Below the pieces are notes generated by a model, which was not told the origin of the DNA, did no database searches, and saw nothing but the letters and a program-made list of their open reading frames with translations. A stretch of 64,000 nucleotides of DNA from a virus (Duplodnaviria > Caudoviricetes): positions 32,001 to 96,000 of IMG/VR virus record IMGVR_UViG_3300046318_000439. The stretch is one strand, 5' to 3'. The translations under genes were made by a program, and so were the position numbers. Of this stretch, positions 41,419 through 50,542 are shown one piece after another. Within the stretch, counting starts at the first letter, position 1. Each line of letters begins with the position of its first letter.

Positions 41419-41594
41419 GTCATAACTCATTAGCAAACTACTATACGCTAATATTCAGTTTGGCTCAGCATCATAAATGGTCAGTGACAGAGATAGAAGA
41501 TATGATACCTTTTGAGCGTGATCTTTATGTGGATATGTTGAAGGATTATTTAGAAAAAGAACAAGAGAGATTAAAATCTAAAGGACATGGCTGA
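41400..41594 (+). CDS. gp51: gp51-like baseplate hub assembly ORF with no ATG at its 5' end, in the -1 frame of gp26
   Basis: Manual translation between TGA 41397-41399 and TGA 41592-41594: FFYVGLSHNSLANYYTLIFSLAQHHKWSVTEIEDMIPFERDLYVDMLKDYLEKEQERLKSKGHG. Confidence 0.8.
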   Translation, partial: FFYVGLSHNSLANYYTLIFSLAQHHKWSVTEIEDMIPFERDLYVDMLKDYLEKEQERLKSKGHG

Positions 41595-42894
41595 TACAAA
41601 GACCACTGCAATGAACGAAGCTAAGGATGCTGCTTTAGACAGCATCGGCTTCGTTTTGTCTGCTACAAAAACTCAATCAGTTCAATTAAAGAAATCGTCA
41701 CTGCTTGCAGCACGTAACGTCGTAGCGGTGCGTAAAAATTTAGTATCTCTCGTAACTACTTTTAAAACATATCAAAATACAATCAAGCAAATACAAGCCG
41801 TCGTTGGTAAAGGCGGAGATGCTAATAGCAAGGTATCTAAAATTAGTGGCATACTTCAATCTGGAGGAGATGCATACAAAGAAAAAGAAGCAGAGCAAGA
41901 AGACAAACCAAAAGCCACCGAATTGGTGAAGGGCATTGGTAAGAATGTAGCTACTGCTGCAGGCTCTGCATTAGCCCTAGCCATTCCATTCTTATTGAGT
42001 CCAGAAATGCGCGAAATGTTGATGAGTTTCTTTAGCGGTTTCTTGGAAGGTTTGGGATTAGGTAAAGATGCCCTGGATAAAGTTAAGCTCGGATTCGGAA
42101 TAGCTGCTGGTATATTGATAGCTTATTTCTCTGCATCAGTTATATCAAGTATAGCAGGGGCATTCATGCAAATGCAAAAACTAGCGCAGGTGTTGGGATT
42201 GGCTGGTGAGGTCGTAAGCGCTGAGAAAACCAAAATAGATACAGAGAAAGATAAAGTCAAGCAAGCAGGCAAGGGAACTAAAGCAGAGTTGGATAGTGCC
42301 AAAAAGGACATGAAGAAGAATAGCAAGGGCAATCTTCTAAAACGACTAGGAGTGCTTAAAAATACACTAGGTCCTAAACTATTGAAGTTGGGCAAAAACT
42401 TTCTTAAAGCACTACCAATAGTTGGCACAGTTTTAGGCATAGGACTCATTTTGTATGATTTGTTTGATATAGGTAAAGATGTTTGGAATTTCCTTAAAGG
42501 GGAAGAAACGACGGACGCTGAAGATAAGCAAAACACAGAGCAAGAAGATGCAGCTCCTGTTTCTGCTACATCTGCTCCAGCGTCAGCTGCTGCCTCTGCC
42601 CCTGCAGCAGCTGAGGCAGAAATAAAAGCACCAACAAGTAATACATCTGCAGCAGAAATGACTTCAGCTAGCTCTGCTCCCGTTGCAGCTGAACCAGCCG
42701 ATACCCCTCGCGCTGAAGGTATGGCCATACAAGAAAGTTCCGTAAAGGTAGAGCAAGCTGATTCAGATCTTGCTCGTACTGCTGGGGGAGTAAATATTAC
42801 TACAATAGACAATTCTACAACAATAATGTCCAGCCCTAAATCAGCTACCGCACCTCCTTCAACGCTAGTATATTCAGTAACGGTAGGAATGTAA
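41587..42894 (+). CDS. Tape-measure-like protein 1 (gp29 position)
   Basis: Follows gp26/gp51; helical Ala/Gly/Lys-rich with hydrophobic segments. Confidence 0.65.
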   Translation: MADTKTTAMNEAKDAALDSIGFVLSATKTQSVQLKKSSLLAARNVVAVRKNLVSLVTTFKTYQNTIKQIQAVVGKGGDANSKVSKISGILQSGGDAYKEKEAEQEDKPKATELVKGIGKNVATAAGSALALAIPFLLSPEMREMLMSFFSGFLEGLGLGKDALDKVKLGFGIAAGILIAYFSASVISSIAGAFMQMQKLAQVLGLAGEVVSAEKTKIDTEKDKVKQAGKGTKAELDSAKKDMKKNSKGNLLKRLGVLKNTLGPKLLKLGKNFLKALPIVGTVLGIGLILYDLFDIGKDVWNFLKGEETTDAEDKQNTEQEDAAPVSATSAPASAAASAPAAAEAEIKAPTSNTSAAEMTSASSAPVAAEPADTPRAEGMAIQESSVKVEQADSDLARTAGGVNITTIDNSTTIMSSPKSATAPPSTLVYSVTVGM

Positions 42895-42897
42895 TAA

Positions 42898-44685
42898 ATG
42901 GCTAACAAAAAGAATCTTCCTAAACTATCCAAACGCACAGCAAATTTGGAAGCATGGCTCGATGAAGTTACAAAGAAACACAACTACGTTGCCAAAGAAG
43001 TGGAGTATGCACATAGCGATCTAGCATTGGTTAGAGGCAGACTTGATAAAATTGAGAAGCATGAGGAAAAGACTGATAAGAGCATCGAGGAGATGCGCGG
43101 TATTATCAATGCAGTTAACAAAAAGGCAGGTTTATTAACTAATGTTGCTGCTAAGAATGCAGGTAAGGTAAAAACTGCTGAGCAAGGTGCAACAGGGAAA
43201 CCCGACACATCCAACACAATAGCTGCATTAACTAGTTCTATGAATATAATTGCTACTTCATTAGGAATAATGAATAGTAGCCTATCGAAAGCTTTAGGTG
43301 TAAAGATGGCTCCTATGGGAGCTCAGAAAGAAGAAGCTCCAGGTCCATCAGGAATCCCAGCTCCTAAAGAAGGAGAAAAAGAACAAGGTATATTTGGTCT
43401 ACTCAAAGGATTGTTCTCAAATCCTGCTGTCGTAGCTGCAATAGCTGGCATTGTATACACCGTATTGCCAAAAGAAACACAAGAACAAATTAAAGGGTTC
43501 TTGGGGGGATTCGCTGATGGTCTCGGAGAGGCTATGGGGAAGAATGAGCAAGAAGGTATGGGAGGTTTCAACACAGCCCTTAAAGCAGCTGGTATTGCAT
43601 TGACTGCATATTTTGGCGCTAAGATGATTAGCGGGGTTGCTGGTGCAATCACAACAACGCTAAAAATTGTCAAGATGATGGGTGGCGGTAAGCTAGGCAG
43701 AGGTCTTGCTGTTGCTGGAGCTGCAGCTGCAGTTGGTGGTGCTGTTGCGATGAGTGGTGGAGACGATGAAGAGGGCGGTGGCGGTGAAGCAGCTGCTGCA
43801 GGAGGAGCAGTTCCAAGTGGCGGAGATGCTGGAGGCGCTGAATCTAAACCATCTCCCGCTGGCACGAGCTTGCCTAAACCTAAAGATACAACAGCTCCTA
43901 AGGCACCCCCTGGATCATCAAGTACAGGTAGTAACGTACCAGACAATATCGATTTAAAGAGTGTAGTCAATGCTGGTTCTGGCGTTGACTTAGAAGGTCT
44001 TGACCCATCAGCCAAAAAACGTCTTGCAGGTATGGCATATGAGTACCAGCAGAAGACTGGCAAGAAACTACAAGTTAACTCTGCTTATAGAGACCCAGAA
44101 AAGCAAGCACAGCTGTATGCTAAGATAGGACCTCCCAATGCTGCCCCTCCTGGAAAGAGCTGGCACGAAAAGGGATTGGCTTTTGATATTAACTCAGCAG
44201 ATGCTAATAAAGCAGATGAGCTTGGACTCATGGCTAAGTATGGATTCAAGCGACCTGTGGCTAAAGAGCCATGGCACGTAGAATTATCTGAGACAAGAGG
44301 CGGCCCAGCATATGCTGATAATCCAGCTGCGCCTGGGGCTGCTGTTGCTGTTGCAGATAAGAGTGGTAAACCATCAATACCCGCATCAGGTAAAACCACT
44401 GCAGCAGGTGAGGTAGCATCAGCCCCAGGTGCTGGTAGCACCCCAGCCGATAGCGCTACATTAGCACAAGATAATAATAATACCGGACAACAAGTCAATA
44501 GCTTATCGCAAAATGTCAAGGATGCTGCTAGGCCTGGATCTTCCACTTCTATGGCAAGCGTTGACAACTCACAAAAAGGTGGGACAGGAAGTCAAGAAGC
44601 AGCTCCTCAACAACCTATCCCATCACCTATTGCTTCAAGAGGCTCACTAGGAGCCTTCACAAAACATAGTACAGCTTACGCTTAA
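42898..44685 (+). CDS. Tape-measure-like protein 2 with M15 (VanY-like) D-Ala-D-Ala peptidase domain
   Basis: VNSAYRDPEKQAQLY, AAPPGKSWHEKGLAFDI (SxHxxGxAxD), EPWHVE. Confidence 0.8.
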   Translation: MANKKNLPKLSKRTANLEAWLDEVTKKHNYVAKEVEYAHSDLALVRGRLDKIEKHEEKTDKSIEEMRGIINAVNKKAGLLTNVAAKNAGKVKTAEQGATGKPDTSNTIAALTSSMNIIATSLGIMNSSLSKALGVKMAPMGAQKEEAPGPSGIPAPKEGEKEQGIFGLLKGLFSNPAVVAAIAGIVYTVLPKETQEQIKGFLGGFADGLGEAMGKNEQEGMGGFNTALKAAGIALTAYFGAKMISGVAGAITTTLKIVKMMGGGKLGRGLAVAGAAAAVGGAVAMSGGDDEEGGGGEAAAAGGAVPSGGDAGGAESKPSPAGTSLPKPKDTTAPKAPPGSSSTGSNVPDNIDLKSVVNAGSGVDLEGLDPSAKKRLAGMAYEYQQKTGKKLQVNSAYRDPEKQAQLYAKIGPPNAAPPGKSWHEKGLAFDINSADANKADELGLMAKYGFKRPVAKEPWHVELSETRGGPAYADNPAAPGAAVAVADKSGKPSIPASGKTTAAGEVASAPGAGSTPADSATLAQDNNNTGQQVNSLSQNVKDAARPGSSTSMASVDNSQKGGTGSQEAAPQQPIPSPIASRGSLGAFTKHSTAYA

Positions 44686-45626
44686 TCTTCTTCAGCTAAA
44701 CGCTTAAAGAAGTCCATGTTTTCATCATCATCATCAAAAGCAGGTTCTAATACTTTAGCAGGAGCTGCTTTAGCAGCTGCTGTTCGTTGAACCGGAGCTT
44801 GCGTTGCTGGCTCTTGATCATCCCACGGCGCTGTCTTTGACTCTGCTGCTGTTGTACGAGCAGCTGCTGGGCTACCATCTAATCCCAAAGCCTTATTTAA
44901 ACGAGCCTTCAATTCATCATATGATTTGAATTCTTTAGGATCAACAAACGCTGCTAATGAGTGTTCTTGTTTCCAGATGTTTTCCAACTCATCATCATCG
45001 TCCATTAGTGGAGCCTTAGCTTCGAACTCAGACTTATCGTAGTTGCGGTATCCCTCAACTTTACGAATCTTTAACTTAAAGTTAGCACCATCCCAGAAAT
45101 CAAATGGGTTGATCTTTGTCTCATCTTCAAACTCTGGATTCATAGCCAACTCAATCTTGTCCCAGATCTTCTTACCATATTTGAAAAGCATTACCTTGCC
45201 TTCATTTTCTGGATGAGCAGGATCTTTAACAACATAGATGTTAGAGATGAAAGATAGACGACGTTTATACTTGCGTACTAATTCTTTATTAGCTTCAATA
45301 CCAGAGTTCCACAACTGACTGTTGTATTCTGATACTGGATCTTTTTGACCTAGTGTAGTCAATGACTTATTCATATACCAACCGCCTGGACCTTGGAATC
45401 CATGATCCCAGATACGAACGTATGGTGTACCTTCGTCCCCATCAGCACCTGGTGTTGGCAAGAAGCGAATAATTGCATAGCCGTTACCTGCTTTATCTAC
45501 TTCTGGTTTCCAGAAGCGATTGTCATCTTGTGAACCTTGTGCGGGGGTGTTTAGTTTTTGAACTTCGTTGATTAGCTTATCAAATTGTGACTTGCTGTTT
45601 TTCTTGAGTGAGGCAAATGAGCTCAT
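44682..45626 (-). CDS. gp32: Single-stranded DNA-binding protein gp32
   Basis: DNRFWKPEVDKAGNGYAIIRFLP, ENEGKVMLFKYGKKI, FWDGANFKLKIRKVEGYRNYDKSEF, acidic tail. Confidence 0.97.
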   Translation of the reverse strand: MSSFASLKKNSKSQFDKLINEVQKLNTPAQGSQDDNRFWKPEVDKAGNGYAIIRFLPTPGADGDEGTPYVRIWDHGFQGPGGWYMNKSLTTLGQKDPVSEYNSQLWNSGIEANKELVRKYKRRLSFISNIYVVKDPAHPENEGKVMLFKYGKKIWDKIELAMNPEFEDETKINPFDFWDGANFKLKIRKVEGYRNYDKSEFEAKAPLMDDDDELENIWKQEHSLAAFVDPKEFKSYDELKARLNKALGLDGSPAAARTTAAESKTAPWDDQEPATQAPVQRTAAAKAAPAKVLEPAFDDDDENMDFFKRLAEED

Positions 45627-45695
45627 ATGTATTCTCCGTATAACGTTGTATGAAAGTGTATTCGTTGTATTTCACAAACTACCATAATGTAGAAG

Positions 45696-45703
45696 TATTT
45701 ATA
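45696..45703 (-). promoter_or_regulatory. T4-type late promoter TATAAATA upstream of gp32
   Basis: Exact TATAAATA on the minus strand in the gp59-gp32 gap. Confidence 0.65.
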
Positions 45704-46291
45704 TTACCTCTTTATTGCAAATTTGTCAACAACTATTTGCTTTAGTTTATCCTTTTCGAACCTAAGGAAGGGTCTGTACTTCTTACACTTCTTGTATATC
45801 ATTGGCCAAATAACATCTTCTTCAATGTTCTTGTTCCAGTGTCTAAAGAAACCACAAAGGTCATTCAAAATAATTACTGTCTCTAATGAGACCTTATTCT
45901 GTATCAATAACTTTAAAAGTATAGGGTGATTGCTACCATCCACCATAAGGTTGTTATTGTATACAGGATCAAGACTATCGAGATCATTGGTAAAGTTGTA
46001 TGTTAAAGATTCCTGGCGTTTAAGCCATATCTTGTAATTGTCCTCAGCTCGCTGCTCATTAGCTAAGTCGCCTACCCAAACGTTTGGGCTATCCTCAACG
46101 ATGTTGGCTAAAATATAAGACTGTGGATCTTTTTGTTTAGCCAACTTGCTAAAGAAGTATTTGTCATGTCGCATTTCAAATGACTTAACGTTTGCTCTTG
46201 TCTTACCGCCATAACGAAAAAAGTCATATGTATCAGAATTAAAATGATTCTTCAAAGCGACATACAGTTTGTATGCCTCATATCCTGTCAT
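45704..46291 (-). CDS. gp59: Helicase loader gp59
   Basis: GYEAYKLYVALKNHF....YDFFRYGGK, RHDKYFFSKL, SLETVIIL. Confidence 0.92.
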   Translation of the reverse strand: MTGYEAYKLYVALKNHFNSDTYDFFRYGGKTRANVKSFEMRHDKYFFSKLAKQKDPQSYILANIVEDSPNVWVGDLANEQRAEDNYKIWLKRQESLTYNFTNDLDSLDPVYNNNLMVDGSNHPILLKLLIQNKVSLETVIILNDLCGFFRHWNKNIEEDVIWPMIYKKCKKYRPFLRFEKDKLKQIVVDKFAIKR

Positions 46292-46533
46292 ATGGGTAGT
46301 TTTGCACTCTTAGGAAAATAACCAGCACTCTCAGCATCTAGTCGTACACGAGCTTTCATTTTTGCATTCTTCCGAATAAGTCCAGCAGCAGTCTCAATCT
46401 CCAGTCCTGTTTGTTCACAGTAATAGAGAACAGCATCTAAGTATTCCATTCGCTTCTCTTCAGCAATCTGTTCAATCTTCTGAAGAAAATCCTGTACGTT
46501 TATAATGCTATTGATCTGTTGTTCTTCTGTCAT
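46288..46533 (-). CDS. gp33: Late transcription coactivator gp33
   Basis: IEQIAEEKRMEYLDAVLYYCEQTGLEIE...KARVRLDAE. Confidence 0.88.
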   Translation of the reverse strand: MTEEQQINSIINVQDFLQKIEQIAEEKRMEYLDAVLYYCEQTGLEIETAAGLIRKNAKMKARVRLDAESAGYFPKSAKLPI

Positions 46534-46913
46534 TTAAAGACTACCAATCCTAGTAAAAAGGCTTGGACGAAAAACCCAACGCCTATGGTTATTATATTCA
46601 ACATATCTTTATTAATTAATGCTTTGAGGAAGAATAATAACAAGCCACCCCAGGCAAACATTACAACATCTAAAGATGGTAGTTTGTCGGATACAGCAAA
46701 TATCAACGATAGGAGAGAAGGAATCGTAGCGCAATGAATCAACACTACCGCTAACCAACCTATCCCCTCTGATGATAAATGTGATATCTTTTCAGCAGCT
46801 GTTTTCTTCATAACTTTAATAAACCTTTCCAGCTGGCTTATCTTTGTAGAAGATGTGTTGGCCGATTTTTCCAATTCGCTGTTTGTTCCAGTTTGGGTTG
46901 ACATAGTCTGCAT
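46530..46913 (-). CDS. Hypothetical membrane protein
   Basis: Three hydrophobic segments; the true start may be downstream (MKKTAAE). Confidence 0.6.
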   Translation of the reverse strand: MQTMSTQTGTNSELEKSANTSSTKISQLERFIKVMKKTAAEKISHLSSEGIGWLAVVLIHCATIPSLLSLIFAVSDKLPSLDVVMFAWGGLLLFFLKALINKDMLNIITIGVGFFVQAFLLGLVVFK

Positions 46914-47406
46914 GATAATATAAAGCCTCTCTTAATCCATCAAGTCTGAAACCTTCAAGTAATACTTTCTTTGCTACTTCTTCACTCTCTTCGTACATCT
47001 TAGGATGTACTGGTCTAGTTTTATGGTTGGTTTCACAAAACCATGAAAACTGACATACCACCTTATCGTAGAACACGTTCCGTTGTTGTACTACTCCACA
47101 AACGCTAGACGGAAACTTACCGCTATTCATTCTATTGAGTGTTACTTGCGCTACAGCTACCTTACCTTCAAAAGGTTCTCCTGCTGCTTCCCAATAAATG
47201 TTTTGTGTCAAACATTGGATCTGTTGTTCCTTTTCCTTAACAGACATATTAGCTGGTAACCCAGTTATTGCAATATACTGTTTTGTTTTTGCGTCAAGCG
47301 CAAAGCTTACACCTAGGACTACAATCAGTAATCCAATAAAAAAATAAAAGCCTCTGAACATTAGTTCGAAGTTTTTAAGGATAGGCAAAAAAATTGACCT
47401 ATTCAT
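46816..47406 (-). CDS. Cell wall hydrolase (SleB/Hydrolase_2 family)
   Basis: CLTQNIYWEAAGEPFEGKVAVAQVTLNR, CQFSW, ALYYHADYVNPNW, IGQHIFY; RBS AAAGGAGG. Confidence 0.9.
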   Translation of the reverse strand: MNRSIFLPILKNFELMFRGFYFFIGLLIVVLGVSFALDAKTKQYIAITGLPANMSVKEKEQQIQCLTQNIYWEAAGEPFEGKVAVAQVTLNRMNSGKFPSSVCGVVQQRNVFYDKVVCQFSWFCETNHKTRPVHPKMYEESEEVAKKVLLEGFRLDGLREALYYHADYVNPNWNKQRIGKIGQHIFYKDKPAGKVY

Positions 47407-47570
47407 AATACCTCCTTTGATTTGTACAGCTCTTTACATTATCCCTCAAAAGGAGATTAATGTCTACTGGCAAATAGATTCAGTAGTATTGTGTATGCGT
47501 CCTAATATCTGAAAAGGACTAAACCAATATTGCAGCCAGGCATACACCCAATATTCTACAATAAAGTTTA

Positions 47571-48236
47571 TTAACATACAAGAGCTTTATGTGTTAATTC
47601 TGCTTTAGGGAAACCAAAGTATTTGGCTTTCCAATCGTTCTGTGCAAATCCGACTAAAGAAGACCATTCGTCCTTCTTTTCTATTAATCGCTTCGCTGCG
47701 TTCTCCCAATCTGTGGCAAGAACAAACTTCTCGATGTTTTCCTTATAGGCAGTACACTCCTCTGATGTGTGAAAATCTTGCTCGATGTGGATCACTTCAA
47801 ATATTTCCTCTCCATCGAAGTAATCTAGGGCAAGATCCAATCCCCATTTTTGTTTACATTGTAACAAATAGCTTAGCTTGGGAATCTGCGGTTTGAATGA
47901 AAGAAGTTGCTGTAAAGCATCTTCCGTGAAATTGCATCGGTGGAGAACAGTGCAATGGTCTAATATGAACCCTTTAGGTTGATTAGACAAATGCATCCAA
48001 GCTTCTTGGAATGCATTATGATTTAGTATTTCATTATAGACTGGATAACCATTCACCCAATAGTACTCTCGTTCGAGTTGGGTTAATTCGAATCCGTCTT
48101 TATCAAAGTAATTAGTGGCCTGTGTTAACAGCTTATGCTGCATCACCGGCGCTTTGCATGTTGGGTTTTTATACACCAACGCATGTTTATTTACAGTGAA
48201 CATAGATTTATTTATGCTTTTTCTATGTCCAAACAA
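47571..48236 (-). CDS. Hypothetical protein
   Basis: ORF track; a plausible alternative start is at 48203, just after CATAAATA. Confidence 0.65.
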   Translation of the reverse strand: MFGHRKSINKSMFTVNKHALVYKNPTCKAPVMQHKLLTQATNYFDKDGFELTQLEREYYWVNGYPVYNEILNHNAFQEAWMHLSNQPKGFILDHCTVLHRCNFTEDALQQLLSFKPQIPKLSYLLQCKQKWGLDLALDYFDGEEIFEVIHIEQDFHTSEECTAYKENIEKFVLATDWENAAKRLIEKKDEWSSLVGFAQNDWKAKYFGFPKAELTHKALVC

Positions 48237-48267
48237 CTACTTTTTGTAGTTCCTTATTATAAACAAG

Positions 48268-48344
48268 GAGTTACTGTTGGTGGGTAATTCTGTTACGAGG
48301 AAACCCACCGAAACCCTAAGCAGTGTTTAGGCTGCTAATGCGAA
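48268..48344 (-). ncRNA. Detached 3' end of the tmRNA coding piece (second tag end FALAA* plus stems)
   Basis: TTC GCA TTA GCA GCC TAA, then GCAG/CTGC hairpin and GGTGGG...CCCACC stem. Confidence 0.7.
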
Positions 48345-48360
48345 CTTAAATGTTTGAATT

Positions 48361-48368
48361 TATAAATA
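48361..48368 (+). promoter_or_regulatory. Late promoter TATAAATA for the homing endonuclease
   Basis: Exact match 33 nt upstream of ATG 48401. Confidence 0.7.
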
Positions 48369-48400
48369 GCATTATCATATACTTTTATAGGGAAAACAAC

Positions 48401-48952
48401 ATGACAGTTCATTTTGTATATATGTGGTTTGATCGTGTGCGCAAAATGTTTTACGTCGGTCAACATACTGGATCTCTGAATGATCAATACACTTCTTCTT
48501 CACGTTGGCTAGCTGGAGAGATACGTTATCGTCCAGCCGACTTTAAACGTCGCATCATTCGTACATTCAGGACTAAGCATGAAGCTCAGCTATATGAAGG
48601 CAGACTACTAACGCTCATCCGATCCAACGAGTTTGGCTCGAGGTATTATAACCTGAAGATGGGTGCACCTAAAGGCAACTTGCCTTGGAATGCTGGTAAA
48701 ACTAATGTATATTCGAAAGATACGTTAGATAAAATGTCGACCGCCAAAAAAGGACGGCCTTCTCACAATAAAGGTAAACTGAGCCCACTATCAGCCCAAA
48801 ACGGTAAAAAGGGAGCTTCAAAGCTCGCCAAAACTGTAACAGGGAGAAGAATGGCTACTAGGCTAGATGGTACACGGTACTGGATATATCCAGATGTAGA
48901 TTGTTTGGGTGATAAGGAACAATCTACAAATCCTCATTCGATCACTGCTTAA
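48401..48952 (+). mobile_element. Free-standing GIY-YIG (Seg-like) homing endonuclease with NUMOD3-like repeats
   Basis: FVYMW...KMFYVGQH, YTSSS, YYNL, PWNAGK, KMSTAKKGRPSHNKGK. Likely start is 48401 rather than 48350. Confidence 0.8.
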
Positions 48953-49197
48953 GCAGCGAGAGCGAAGCGGCTATCATTAGCTGCAATTACATTTATTTGC
49001 TTCTTCGGCCGAGTGTCCTCAACCCTATCGTCTTTCACATTGACGTGTTGCCGTCTCTACTATCTCACGCTGTCGAAACTGTTTCAGGCCCAATAGAAAG
49101 TATACTACAGCTTTCAGTTACGATACCCCGTAGCACCCCTTAATATACTTTCTGGTGGACCTGCCCGGTACTGCCCCGGGGTCCAACATGCCTTCGC
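48949..49197 (-). ncRNA. ssrA: Circularly permuted two-piece tmRNA: acceptor piece ~49197-49153, intervening segment 49152-49092, coding piece from 49091
   Basis: Acceptor stem GGGCCTG/CAGGTCC with G3.U70, then A-CCA. T arm CCCGG-GGCAGTA-CCGGG. Helix CAGCGTG/CATGTTG. Tag frame 48984-48949 reads AANDSRFALAA*, with U-5/A-4 before the resume codon. Confidence 0.92.
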
Positions 49198-49333
49198 TTT
49201 GAAGGGATTACAACAATTCTTTTTTACGAGTTACCAAATGGTATATTACCCAAAAATATATATTAACTGTAGTAGCAATGCCCCATATAAAGGTCCAGTG
49301 CCAGTAGTCTATTAGTATCATAATTATTATATA

Positions 49334-49561
49334 TTAAAATGGAGCGTCAGGCAAGCTATTTAACCACTTCTGCTTCTCAAACTTTGGTTTCTTTAGCTTG
49401 GCTATCTCCGTCAGTGTCAAAGAAGGATCGCCGTTCATAAAGTGTTCTGCATCCTCACGAGAGAAGAACCGCCGAAGCGGTCCGTCCTCATCACTTACTA
49501 CGAATCTACGAACTGGTCTGAATGGCTCAGGCAGCTTCAGCAAATGTAACGGCAGTTTCAA
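49334..49561 (-). CDS. Hypothetical protein (start uncertain)
   Basis: ORF track. Confidence 0.45.
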   Translation of the reverse strand: MKLPLHLLKLPEPFRPVRRFVVSDEDGPLRRFFSREDAEHFMNGDPSLTLTEIAKLKKPKFEKQKWLNSLPDAPF

Positions 49562-50477
49562 GAGCTTTTACCTTTAAGTTCTTATTAGCACCAAACCATG
49601 CTGACTGCAAGCGTGTGTCTGCTGAGCGACCGATTTCATGGTCAGTCAAATATGTCACAGCATTAAATGCTTGCCACCAGCTACCTTCTGCAAACTTATG
49701 ACCTGGTTGTGTATTCAATACTTCCAAGGCACGGGTAGCAGACTTTGACAACTCTTTACGTTGTGGGCCTTTTTCTTTATTGTAGGCAAGCACTGGGAAG
49801 ATTGAGTTAAAGTATTCTTTAACAGACTCACCATTGTAACGCTTGCTACCCAAGAATGCAGCCATCTCTTTGTACTTCGCCAACTTCTCAGTAGCAATAC
49901 CAAGAGTTTGTTTCACTTCATCAGCATCAAACACTGTGCGGTGGTTTTTCTTAACCATGCGATCAGCTTTTTGGTTGAGTGATAATGTTAGCGTGTTATT
50001 GCATACAACACGAATGGGAGTAAAGCGAACATCGATGCATTGACCGAACCGATGAGGATTTGTAAACAGTAGATATGAATCAACTTGATCTCCTTTAAAT
50101 AATTCAAATGAATCTTTGACCTTAGCCAAAGCCCATACGATCTGTCCATTTCTTAATGAACCAGCTGTATGCATTTCCATATCACCAGCTTTACAGTATT
50201 CATCAAAGAAGTTAAATGCTTCATGGTTCTGAACTGGGTTCCATTCATTAGACACAACGCCTAAGATAGAATCATCAGAAGAGCGTGTTAGGGCAGACCA
50301 ACCAACATTCACTTGATTACCATTAATATCAGCAAACGCTGGAATCTTTTCTACTGTCCAATCTAAACCAGCCTTTTGTAACATCTGAGCAGGAGATAGG
50401 TCGCTAGGAACTCGCTCGCCTAAACCGTGCCATGGTAATTCGCCTGCATATGCCATTGTTTCAATTTCGTGCGCCAT
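49527..50477 (-). CDS. DUF932/DUF945 family phage/plasmid protein
   Basis: MAHEIETMAY.GELPWHGLG, PVQNHEAF.FF, TAGSL.NG, TPIRVVCNNTL, WWQAFNAVTY. Confidence 0.9.
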   Translation of the reverse strand: MAHEIETMAYAGELPWHGLGERVPSDLSPAQMLQKAGLDWTVEKIPAFADINGNQVNVGWSALTRSSDDSILGVVSNEWNPVQNHEAFNFFDEYCKAGDMEMHTAGSLRNGQIVWALAKVKDSFELFKGDQVDSYLLFTNPHRFGQCIDVRFTPIRVVCNNTLTLSLNQKADRMVKKNHRTVFDADEVKQTLGIATEKLAKYKEMAAFLGSKRYNGESVKEYFNSIFPVLAYNKEKGPQRKELSKSATRALEVLNTQPGHKFAEGSWWQAFNAVTYLTDHEIGRSADTRLQSAWFGANKNLKVKALETAVTFAEAA

Positions 50478-50542
50478 AATATAATCCTTTTCATAATATA
50501 ATCAAAAAACGGTCATGACCACTTTTTCACAACCATGAGTCT

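Noticed and set aside
367-47896. Many antisense ORFs in the track (e.g. 14223-14768, 17130-18002, 19450-19965, 30017-30595, 42123-42983, 43323-44063)
   Set aside because: Shadow frames of real genes, caused by codon bias and low-complexity sequence; no motifs or RBS.
48350-48952. Endonuclease region as a group I intron in the tmRNA
   Set aside because: The insert is almost entirely ORF on the opposite strand, no P/Q/R/S core elements were seen, and the tag end is duplicated rather than cleanly interrupted.
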